Assembly: GCA_963662265.2 (NCBI GenBank)
Contig: CAXXHA010000040.1
Location: forward strand, 1-36,759
DNA length: 36,759 bases
Origin: Spirochaetia bacterium
Lineage (GTDB): Bacteria > Spirochaetota > Spirochaetia > CADAEX01
Direction of reading: 5' to 3'
A program made the translations under genes and the position numbers. This document shows positions 28,973-36,759 of this stretch, piece after piece; the first letter of the stretch is position 1; each line of letters begins with the position of its first letter. Below the pieces are notes generated by a model that was not told where the DNA came from, searched no databases, and worked only from the letters and a program-made list of their open reading frames with translations.

Positions 28973-29001
28973 AGCTTAATTCAATGTGTCATGCGGTGCA
29001 A
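28973..29001 (-). promoter_or_regulatory. Promoter of the GGDEF gene, possibly leaderless
   Basis: TTGCAC-N17-TAAGCT, 6 nt before the ATG, with no SD. Confidence 0.5.
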
Positions 29002-29064
29002 GACAGTTGGGGAAAAGTTGTGTTTTAAAGTTATCTGCTTTTATTGAAAACAATTGCTGATAAT

Positions 29065-29091
29065 AAAAAACCTCCTGAAATTTCAGGAGGT
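29065..29091 (-). terminator. Intrinsic terminator of the arg operon
   Basis: ACCTCCTGAAA-TTTCAGGAGGT dyad followed by a T run on the minus strand. Confidence 0.85.
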
Positions 29092-29171
29092 CATAATTTA
29101 TAAGAAATAAAAATATATCTTGTTTTGAATAATCCTGCCAATGGAAAAACAGCCAGTTTATTCTGTTTATA

Positions 29172-29642
29172 TCAGTCTCTGAGCACCATATTCATCGCAG
29201 TCTCGTCGCACTGCTCAAGCTTCGGACACTCAAGGCATTCTCTCCACAGTTTTCTGGGAAACTTGTCCTTGTCTGTGAGGCTGAATCCCATCTTTTTAAA
29301 GAAGTCAACCTGGTATGTAAGGACAATAATCTCCGGAACTTTAAGCCTCCGTCCCCTTTCAATAAGGTCTTTGACCAGTGCCCTGCCGATACCTTTTCCG
29401 TGATAATCCTCATCAACTGCAAGCGCCATTATCTCGCCAAGATCATCCCACAGAAGGGTGAAGGCACCGCAGCCAACAACCCTTCCTGACCCGTTTTCCG
29501 CAACAAGGAAATTCTGAAGCATTGATATAATCTTGTACTTGCTTCTCATCAGCATGAGACCTTTGGATGCCATGCTGTTTGTGAGAGTAAAGATTGCATC
29601 AATATCCTCGACAGTTGATTCCCTTATTATTATATCATCCAT
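29172..29642 (-). CDS. argA: Short GNAT N-acetyltransferase, probable N-acetylglutamate synthase
   Basis: EI-ALAV...GKGIG-LV, LTYQ-FF-K-GF and P-K-W-EC-C motifs; last gene of the arg operon. Confidence 0.75.
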   Translation of the reverse strand: MDDIIIRESTVEDIDAIFTLTNSMASKGLMLMRSKYKIISMLQNFLVAENGSGRVVGCGAFTLLWDDLGEIMALAVDEDYHGKGIGRALVKDLIERGRRLKVPEIIVLTYQVDFFKKMGFSLTDKDKFPRKLWRECLECPKLEQCDETAMNMVLRD

Positions 29643-29648
29643 AGTTTC

Positions 29649-30926
29649 CTACTTTTCGTGGATAGTCGCCATTGTCTTTATAGCTCCCACCTGTCCAGTT
29701 TCAGCTTCAATCTGTTTGTGTACAATTGCTGTAACACCAGTTGAGAGTCCGAAGAGGTTTATGAAGCCTGTGGCATCGCTCTGGTTGTAGTCGCTTTCTC
29801 CGAATGATGCGAGGTCCTCAATATAGAGAGAGTAGGGTGATTTTCTTCCGCCTACAAGTACATTTCCCTTGTAGAGGTCAAGTCTTACAGAACCTGTCAG
29901 GAATTTGCTGCTTTCCTCCATGAATGCTTCCATGGATTCCCTGAGTGTTGTAAACCATTTTCCTGTATAGATGAGCTCTGAGTATTTGATAGCCATAAGC
30001 TGTTTATAGTGCAGCGTATCGTTATCAAGTGTAATCATCTCAAGTTCCTGGAGCGCCTTGTTGATCACTGTACCTGCGGGAGTCTCGTATACACCGTGGC
30101 TCTTCATCCCAACTGTTCTTGTTTCTACAATATCAGATCTTCCGACACCGTTTCTTCCGGCAATTTCATTGAGTTTGTCAACAAGATTGTATGGAGAGAG
30201 TTTTTCCCCGTTAAGAGCAACTGGAAAACCTTTTTCAATATCTATTGTAACTGTTTCCACTTTATCAGGAGCATTCTGGGGAGAAACAGTTCTCTGGAAA
30301 ATTGTTTCAGGTGGTGTTACCCATGGATCTTCGAGTTCGCCTCCCTCATGGCTTGTGTGCCAGATATTTTCATCCCTTGAGTAGATATTCTTCTTTGTAA
30401 TGTTTCCAAGCGGAATATTGTGCTTTTTGGCATATTCAATTGCAGCTTCCCTTGAGTTGATATCCCAGACTCTCCAGGGAGCAATAACTTTAAGGTGAGG
30501 CGCAAGAGCCTTGTATGTAAGCTCGAACCTTACCTGGTCGTTACCCTTTCCTGTACATCCGTGGCATACTGCATCGCAGCCTTCCTTGAGAGCAATTTCT
30601 ACCTGTCTTTTTGCCTGTGCAGGTCTTGCGATTGATGTCCCCAGGAGGTATTTACCTTCATAGATAGCTCCTGCCCTGATCATCGGATATACATAGTCTT
30701 TTACAAGTTCTTCCTTGATATCCTCGATATAGAGTTTTGAAGCCCCTGACTTGAGTGCTTTCTCCTCCATGCCGTCCCAGTCTTCCGTCTGCCCTGATGC
30801 CACACACACGCAGATTACTTCAGAGCCCGGATAGTTTTCTTTAAGCCATGGAATAATTATTGATGTATCAAGACCGCCTGAATAGGCGAGACATATTTTT
30901 TTTACCGGTGTTTCTTTGTTTGCCAT
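29649..30926 (-). CDS. argG: Argininosuccinate synthase
   Basis: LAYSGGLDTS, YLLGTSIARP, HGCTGKGNDQVRFE, YS-DEN-WH-S-EG and YETP motifs. Confidence 0.97.
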   Translation of the reverse strand: MANKETPVKKICLAYSGGLDTSIIIPWLKENYPGSEVICVCVASGQTEDWDGMEEKALKSGASKLYIEDIKEELVKDYVYPMIRAGAIYEGKYLLGTSIARPAQAKRQVEIALKEGCDAVCHGCTGKGNDQVRFELTYKALAPHLKVIAPWRVWDINSREAAIEYAKKHNIPLGNITKKNIYSRDENIWHTSHEGGELEDPWVTPPETIFQRTVSPQNAPDKVETVTIDIEKGFPVALNGEKLSPYNLVDKLNEIAGRNGVGRSDIVETRTVGMKSHGVYETPAGTVINKALQELEMITLDNDTLHYKQLMAIKYSELIYTGKWFTTLRESMEAFMEESSKFLTGSVRLDLYKGNVLVGGRKSPYSLYIEDLASFGESDYNQSDATGFINLFGLSTGVTAIVHKQIEAETGQVGAIKTMATIHEK

Positions 30927-30943
30927 TTTATCATACCTCCGAA

Positions 30944-32155
30944 TTATAAATTAAAATCTTTAAGAACAGTTTTCAGTATTTCGATTCCCTCATCTATTTC
31001 CTTCTCAGAAATGATAAGCGGCGGTGCTATTCTTAAAAATGTTTTCCCGGACTTGAGAACTATGAGTCCGTTTTTCTCACATCTTGAAATAACTTTTTTT
31101 ATGAGGTCCCCGTCAAAACCTTCAGGCTGCTTTATTTCGAGTCCCTGAAGCATTCCGCATCCCCTTGTTTCCCCTGTGAAAGAGAACATTTCAGATACTT
31201 CATTGAGTTTCTTTTTAAGGTATTCCCCTTTTGCCTGTACTTCGAAAAGGAAGGGGGGATTAAGCACTATATCGAGGACTTTTCCGGCAACTGCTGTAGT
31301 AACAGGTCCTCCACCGAATGTTGTACCGTGGTCTCCCACACTTACAATTTCATTGATTTTCTTGGGGATAAGGGTTGCGGACAAAGGGAGTCCTGCAGCA
31401 AGAGGTTTTGCAAGTGATATTATATCAGGCTCAAGACCAATCATTGATGATGCAAAAGGCCAGCCTGTTCTTGCAAGACCTGTCTGAACTTCATCAGCGA
31501 TAAGCATGATGTCGAATTTTCTGCACAGTTCATTCAGTTTCTTTGCAAACTCTTCAGTCATCATCATGAGTCCGCCTTCTCCCTGTATTACTTCAACAAT
31601 TACTGCGGCAAAGGAGGAATCAAGTTTTTCCTCTAGCGCCTTAACATCGTTGTATGGTGCGAATTCAACTCCGGGAACAAGCGGTTCAAAAGGTTTCTTG
31701 TATCCATCGTTATATGTGCATGAAAGAGATCCCATTGTTCTCCCGTGGAATCCGTTTTCAAAGGCAAGGATTTTATAGTTTCCTTCCCCCTTTGTCTTAT
31801 TTGAATAGAGACGTGCGTATTTTATAGCTGCTTCATTCGCCTCTGATCCGGAGTTTCCGAAATGAACAGCATCAAATCTTCCGAGTCCGGTGAGTTTTTC
31901 CGCAAGAAATACAGAAGGTTCGGATGTGTAAAGGTTTGAAGTGTGTATAACCTTTTTCATCTGCTCACATGCAATTTCTGCAAGATCCTCTCTTCCGTGC
32001 CCCAGTGCATTTACAGATATACCTGATCCGAAATCCAGGTATTTTTTTCCTGTCGGATCATAAAGATAAACACCTTCACCTTTCTCAAAAACTAGAAAAT
32101 CGGAAGCGTAGTTATTTGGAAAAGGAACGCTGTGAACTCTCGATCTTTTTACCAT
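30944..32155 (-). CDS. argD: Acetylornithine aminotransferase
   Basis: NSGSEANEAAIK, FHGRT, QGEGG, DEVQTG-RTG and HGTTFGG motifs; arg operon context. Confidence 0.92.
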   Translation of the reverse strand: MVKRSRVHSVPFPNNYASDFLVFEKGEGVYLYDPTGKKYLDFGSGISVNALGHGREDLAEIACEQMKKVIHTSNLYTSEPSVFLAEKLTGLGRFDAVHFGNSGSEANEAAIKYARLYSNKTKGEGNYKILAFENGFHGRTMGSLSCTYNDGYKKPFEPLVPGVEFAPYNDVKALEEKLDSSFAAVIVEVIQGEGGLMMMTEEFAKKLNELCRKFDIMLIADEVQTGLARTGWPFASSMIGLEPDIISLAKPLAAGLPLSATLIPKKINEIVSVGDHGTTFGGGPVTTAVAGKVLDIVLNPPFLFEVQAKGEYLKKKLNEVSEMFSFTGETRGCGMLQGLEIKQPEGFDGDLIKKVISRCEKNGLIVLKSGKTFLRIAPPLIISEKEIDEGIEILKTVLKDFNL

Positions 32156-32170
32156 TGTATATTTCCTCTC

Positions 32171-32330
32171 TTTTATTCGCAGGTCGGGTCTAATACCCCG
32201 CAGCTTGCTGCGTAATTTTTAAAATAAGTAAGATTTAAATTGTATATAGTTTTTGAGTCCTGGACCCGACATACAATCCATTCCTTACAGAATCACATAC
32301 CCCGATGCTTGCGGCGGGGGGTGTGATTAT
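32171..32330. repeat. REP/MITE-like element, family B copy 1, inserted between argB and argD
   Basis: ATACCCCG occurs twice, each opening a GC-rich dyad centred on GCTTGC. The first 24 bp match 36381-36404 at 23/24 positions. Confidence 0.65.
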
Positions 32331-32460
32331 TTTTTTCAGTTTTGCTTTCAGCAGCTTTCAGAAGAACTGCTTTTCATGCCAACGGGGAATAATCTGAAAT
32401 AAACATGACTTTTTCAGCCTTTTTTAATCGATTTCTCCTTCCCGTTTTATATCTATAAAA

Positions 32461-33228
32461 TTAAAGTATAATACTTGTTCCTTTCTTTTCGCTGAGAATG
32501 TTTTCAAGATCCCCGCTTTCCCTGTATTCCCCTATGCTTATAGCACCGACTCCCTCTTTGAGGGCAGATACAGATGACCTTACCTTGGGGATCATTCCTC
32601 CAGAAATAACATTATCTTCAATTTCCTTTTCAATTTCCTTTTCTGTCATGATGTTTATGACTTTTCCTTCCTTCATGACACCCGGGATATCAGAGATGAA
32701 GAAAAGCCTGTCTGCTTTTAAATCAGATGATACTGCAAGGGCTGCTTCATCTGCGTTGATATTGAGCGCTGTTCCTTCATTATCCATTGATGTTGATGAA
32801 ACAACCGGGACAACTGATTTTTCAAGCAGAATTTTCAGGATTTCACTCTTAACATCAGTGACAATACCTGTATGGGAATCGCTGCTCCGTCTTTTTCCTG
32901 TAAAGAGAAAACAGTCACTTCCGCTCAGGCCCATGGCATTAAGCCCGGCAGTATTTGCAAGCCGTACAATCTCCTTGTTCATCCTCCCTGAAAGCACCAT
33001 ATCAACAACTTCCATTTCCTCTTCTGTTGTAAGCCTGATTCCGTCTACAAACTGAGGTTCATGTCCGAATATCTTGCTGATTCTTGATACTTCAGCTCCC
33101 CCGCCGTGAACAAATACAAAAGAGTATTTGCCGATGAGCTTTTTCATTTCAATAAACAGAGCTTTCATTGCCTCTTTGTCAGATGCAGCCCTGCCTCCTG
33201 TTTTTATTACAATTATTTTTTTATCCAT
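32461..33228 (-). CDS. argB: Acetylglutamate kinase
   Basis: VIKTGG, VHGGG, G-R-T, NINAD and GGMIPK motifs. Confidence 0.95.
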   Translation of the reverse strand: MDKKIIVIKTGGRAASDKEAMKALFIEMKKLIGKYSFVFVHGGGAEVSRISKIFGHEPQFVDGIRLTTEEEMEVVDMVLSGRMNKEIVRLANTAGLNAMGLSGSDCFLFTGKRRSSDSHTGIVTDVKSEILKILLEKSVVPVVSSTSMDNEGTALNINADEAALAVSSDLKADRLFFISDIPGVMKEGKVINIMTEKEIEKEIEDNVISGGMIPKVRSSVSALKEGVGAISIGEYRESGDLENILSEKKGTSIIL

Positions 33229-33303
33229 AATCCTGCAGAAATCTCCGTTAATTCTTTGCGGAAGCTTTTATAACATCAGCTTCCTTTTTTCCTGTCTGCT
33301 GTT

Positions 33304-34341
33304 TTATAATTCGCCGTAAACTCTTAAACCGCTGGTTTCCCTGAGTCCGAACCTTATATTCATATTCTGAACAGCCTGTCCAGATGCTCCCTTTACAAGG
33401 TTGTCTATTGCTGAAAAGAGAATTACAGTGCTTCCCTGTACCTGCCATGCTATATCGCATCTGTTTGATCCCCATACATCCCGTGTTTCCGGAAGAGTGC
33501 TTCCTTTAAGGTTTACAAATGGCGAACCAGCATAAAAATCATCATATACAGCCTTGATATCATCTTCTGTTATATCTTTCGCCATTTCAAAAGCCGATGT
33601 TACATGCATTCCACGTTTAAGAGGAACGAGATGGGGAGTAAACATAAGGTCCAGCGAATCATCGAAATAATTAATCTCTTTCTTTATCTCTGTGAAGTGC
33701 CTGTGTGTCTGTCCCGGGAGGTATGCGCATGTGTTTTCTGTTCTTTCACAGAAAATATTGCCTATTTTCGCTTTTTTCCCGGCTCCTGAAATACCTGACA
33801 TTGCATTTGTTATGATTTTACCCTTTATAAAACCTTTTGATGCAAGAGGAAGGATAGGGAGCAGGGTACATGTCGGGTAGCAGCCCGGGTTTGCTATAAT
33901 ATCATATTTTTTTATATCATCATGATAGATTTCACATAACCCGTATACAGACTCTGAAAGAAGGTCTTTTCTCGGAGCTTCTTCCCCGTATGCCTGAAGA
34001 AAAAGCTCGCTTTCCTTTATTCTGAAATCTGCTGAAAGGTCTACAACTACAGATTTTCCGAAAAAAGGCTCGCAGATTTTTGCGGAAGCAAGATGGGGAA
34101 GGCCGGCAAATACAACATCGGGATTTGCTTTTACAGCATCCTTTATATCAACCATTTTACCGTTCCATTTTGCTGTTTTTTCAAATACAGCCTTTCCGAT
34201 TCCCGGATCAACAGCTTCAAGCTCTGTCCCCTGTTTTGATGATGAAACAGGTATTATCTCTTTAATATCAGGATGCTCTGAAAGGAGTCTTAAGAGAACC
34301 ATTCCTGTATACCCTGTTGTGCCTAAAATTACAGCTTTCAT
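33304..34341 (-). CDS. argC: N-acetyl-gamma-glutamyl-phosphate reductase
   Basis: G-TGYTG, DLSADFR, YGL-E, NPGCYPT, SG-SGAG and DNLVKGASGQAVQN motifs. Confidence 0.97.
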   Translation of the reverse strand: MKAVILGTTGYTGMVLLRLLSEHPDIKEIIPVSSSKQGTELEAVDPGIGKAVFEKTAKWNGKMVDIKDAVKANPDVVFAGLPHLASAKICEPFFGKSVVVDLSADFRIKESELFLQAYGEEAPRKDLLSESVYGLCEIYHDDIKKYDIIANPGCYPTCTLLPILPLASKGFIKGKIITNAMSGISGAGKKAKIGNIFCERTENTCAYLPGQTHRHFTEIKKEINYFDDSLDLMFTPHLVPLKRGMHVTSAFEMAKDITEDDIKAVYDDFYAGSPFVNLKGSTLPETRDVWGSNRCDIAWQVQGSTVILFSAIDNLVKGASGQAVQNMNIRFGLRETSGLRVYGEL

Positions 34342-34378
34342 TAATTTCCTCCTGGTTTTCGCTTTTTAAATATCACTA

Positions 34379-34498
34379 TCGAGTACTTTCTCTCCGAGAA
34401 AGTCTCTTAGCGTATTGCAAAATAGGTTTTGCAATTTTTCGAGCACTTTCCTTTGGAAAGTCTCTGTCGTTAATGCCTAAAACAAAGTTTTTGGCATT
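34379..34498 (-). ncRNA. Candidate tandem structured RNA motif in the argC leader
   Basis: Two units with a 60-nt period, each with two hairpins and a conserved AGAGACTTTC-(loop)-GAAAGTRCTCGA element. Confidence 0.5.
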
Positions 34499-34499
34499 T

Positions 34500-34970
34500 C
34501 TATATTTCCAGTCCGGGAAACCTGGTTCTGATATTCTCAAGAAAATTTTCACCATTCATCCCTTCTTTTATAACCATAAAAACAGTGTCATCGCCTGCTA
34601 TTGTTCCGATGATTTCCTCAAGTTCCAGGTTGTCGAATGCCAGTGCCACTGTCATTGCATGTCCTGAAAAAGTCCTTACAACTCCCATGTTGCCAGAGAA
34701 GTTGATGGAAAGAAATCCCCTGTTTATATCCATTATATTTCTTTCTTCCGATACTTTCTGAAGTTCCTCTTCAACAAGTGAATAGTAATAACCCCTGTCA
34801 GTATCAGGAACTTTACTGACCTTCAGCAGTTTAAGGTCTCTTGACAATGTAGCCTGTGTAACATTAAAGTTTTTACTACTGAGAAGCTCCAGAAGCTTCT
34901 CCTGACTGTCAATTTTATTTTCTTTTATAAGTTTTTTAATAATTTTCAGTCTGTCTTTTCTTTCATTCAT
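34500..34970 (-). CDS. argR: Arginine repressor
   Basis: Q-L...VTQATLSRDL and GTIAGDDT motifs. Start placed at the ATG at 34970. Confidence 0.95.
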   Translation of the reverse strand: MNERKDRLKIIKKLIKENKIDSQEKLLELLSSKNFNVTQATLSRDLKLLKVSKVPDTDRGYYYSLVEEELQKVSEERNIMDINRGFLSINFSGNMGVVRTFSGHAMTVALAFDNLELEEIIGTIAGDDTVFMVIKEGMNGENFLENIRTRFPGLEI

Positions 34971-34977
34971 ATTAATA

Positions 34978-35035
34978 TCCGTATATTTATTCTTTAAATA
35001 TGTATAAATATACATTAAATATATTTTCTGTGCAA
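34978..35035 (-). promoter_or_regulatory. arg operon promoter with tandem ARG boxes
   Basis: TCCGTATATTTATTCTTT (34978-34995) and TATGTATAAATATACATT (34999-35016) are spaced by 3 bp and overlap TTGCAC-N17-TATATT. Confidence 0.8.
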
Positions 35036-35131
35036 TAGAAAGCTTTAAATAAAGTTATTTTTAGCAGGATGACAACAGAATATTCTGAATGAAATGTATT
35101 CAGGACAGACTTAATATTTCATGGGGACAAT

Positions 35132-36349
35132 ATGGGTAAGGTTGTAATATTGGGAATGAGCGGAGGTGTTGATTCATCAATGGCTCTCAGAAAGCTGAAA
35201 ACGGAATATGACCGTGTAATCGGGGTAAATCATGTGGTTTTCAAAGGGGTGAAATCAAGCAGCAGCGAAGTACTTGAGAGGGCCGAAAAAATTTGCAGAG
35301 ATGAGGGTGTCCCTTTTTATTTGATTGATATTACTGAAAAATTTAAAAACTGTGTTATTGATAATTTTATTAATTCCTATATAGAAGGTACTACTCCCAA
35401 TCCCTGTGTAATCTGTAACCAGACAATCAAATTTACAGCATTTTTTGATGCTGTACGGGAACTGCTCCTTGAAAAAGGGGAAATAACAGATAAGGATGAA
35501 CTTGTTTATTCAACCGGCCACTATGTGCAGACTGTCACTGATGGTGAATCTGTATTTCTGAAGCGTTCACTTGACAGGACCAAGGACCAGAGTTATATGC
35601 TTTACAGGCTCGGGATGGATATTCTGAGGCGGTGTGTTTTTCCACTCGGAAGATCTCTAAAGAAAAATGTAGTTTCAGAAGCTGCCGAAGCAGGGCTTCC
35701 TTTCAAGAGTATCAAGGAAAGTCAGGATATATGCTTCATAGAAGGGGAATATTCCGATTTTATCAGAGAAAACAGTTCTATTGTAAGCAGACCGGGAAAA
35801 ATCATCGATACAAACGGTGAATACCTTGGCAAACACAGGGGATATATCAATTATACAATCGGCCAGAGGAAAGGACTCGGGCTTGGTAACGGCCCATGGT
35901 TTGTTGTTAAAATAGAGCCTGAAACAAATACAGTAGTTGTCGGCAGAGCGGAAGACCAGGGGCTGAATGCTTTTGAAGTTGAAGATATTAACTGGTTTAT
36001 TGATTTTGAAAAGGCTGAAAACCGTTTTCCCCTTCTTACAGATTCTGAAATAGAAAAATCTGGTAATGAGCATGAGGACGGTTTAAAAACAGCATCGATA
36101 GACAGAGATTCTTCCCCTTCACTGTCAGGCACAGCAGATCTTGGATGCGGGTATTTTATAGAGAATGAACTCAGGTGTTATGTCCAGGTAAGGTACAGTT
36201 CCGCTATAAGGAAATGCAGGGTAAGGAAAGGGGAAAACGGCAGGGTTCTTGTAATACTTGATGAGAAAGCTGTTATTACTCCAGGCCAGTCTGCAGTATT
36301 CTACAGCGGCGATATAGTGCTGGGCGGCGGAATTATCAGCAGGTATTAG
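35132..36349 (+). CDS. mnmA: tRNA 2-thiouridine(34) synthase
   Basis: GMSGGVDS, TPNPC-CN, TGHY, KDQSY, ESQDICF, YTIGQRKG and TPGQ motifs. Confidence 0.95.
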   Translation: MGKVVILGMSGGVDSSMALRKLKTEYDRVIGVNHVVFKGVKSSSSEVLERAEKICRDEGVPFYLIDITEKFKNCVIDNFINSYIEGTTPNPCVICNQTIKFTAFFDAVRELLLEKGEITDKDELVYSTGHYVQTVTDGESVFLKRSLDRTKDQSYMLYRLGMDILRRCVFPLGRSLKKNVVSEAAEAGLPFKSIKESQDICFIEGEYSDFIRENSSIVSRPGKIIDTNGEYLGKHRGYINYTIGQRKGLGLGNGPWFVVKIEPETNTVVVGRAEDQGLNAFEVEDINWFIDFEKAENRFPLLTDSEIEKSGNEHEDGLKTASIDRDSSPSLSGTADLGCGYFIENELRCYVQVRYSSAIRKCRVRKGENGRVLVILDEKAVITPGQSAVFYSGDIVLGGGIISRY

Positions 36350-36380
36350 CTGTAAAGTATACCCTTTTATTTGTTTTCAG

Positions 36381-36525
36381 TTTTATTCGCAGGTCGGATC
36401 TAATGAGGCTTTCCTTCTTGTCTTCACTCTCCTGGGAATGTCCGCGTAAGACGCGGCCACTCCTCTCGTTCATTTTACAATACCAACAGCTTGCCGGGGG
36501 GGTATGTGATTGAAAGGAATGGGTA
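36381..36525. repeat. Degenerate or rearranged family B element, copy 2
   Basis: TTTTATTCGCAGGTCGGATCTAAT matches 32171-32194. GGGGTATGTGATT-GAAAGGAATGG matches the reverse complement of about 32278-32304. Confidence 0.6.
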
Positions 36526-36609
36526 TTCATGCTGAGCCGAATGCTTGAAGATTATTTCAATGATAATCCTGAAAGATATCATATGTAAAAAATGAATATT
36601 TTTGTTATA

Positions 36610-36666
36610 ATTAATTTTACAGGGTGTTTTAAATAATAATTATTTAAAACACCCTGTAAAATTAAT
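36610..36666. repeat. Perfect 57-bp palindrome (28-bp arms, 1-nt centre)
   Basis: ATTAATTTTACAGGGTGTTTTAAATAAT-A-ATTATTTAAAACACCCTGTAAAATTAAT. Confidence 0.95.
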
Positions 36667-36759
36667 CAGAGGTGCTTTTTGCAGATACTGAATATTGCAA
36701 ACCCTTTCAAAGGGGCAGTTGTTTACTATAAAGATGTTACAGACTCTACAATGAATGAT

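Noticed and set aside
34379-34498. CRISPR mini-array reading of the 60-nt periodic repeat
   Set aside because: There are only two imperfect units, the would-be spacers are themselves homologous hairpins, and no cas genes lie in the window.

Overview
A 36.8 kb AT-rich, mostly core chromosomal window, probably from an anaerobic spirochaete. This is an inference from the CheX gene, a spirochaetal-type lipobox and the Hcp/Rbr/Dfx oxygen-defence genes. Gene content: the 3' part of hcp; cheX; an oxidative-stress cluster (perR, TIGR02757-type gene, rbr-dfx-rubredoxin-fprA, with the rubredoxin missing from the ORF track); deoC; NAD salvage genes (pncB-pncA); an 808 aa NagB/LmbE fusion; eda; an M15 lipoprotein; SRAP; an OmpR-type two-component pair; a FabK/NMO-like gene; a DEDDh exonuclease; ilvE; manC; pgi; a GGDEF protein; an argR-C-B-D-G-GNAT operon; and mnmA. 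No rRNA, tRNA, CRISPR array, intact transposase or prophage was seen. The most interesting signals are non-coding. (1) A tandem two-hairpin RNA motif with a 60-nt period fills the argR-argC spacer and is a candidate cis-regulatory RNA. (2) Tandem ARG boxes lie just downstream of a promoter for the ilvE-like gene. (3) A 23-codon ORF with a perfect SD faces a + strand terminator hairpin, a layout resembling type I toxin-antitoxin loci. (4) Two families of dispersed MITE/REP-like elements and a perfect 57-bp palindrome are present. (5) One hypothetical gene is probably frameshifted, and several transcripts look leaderless. All calls were made by eye; no searches were run.
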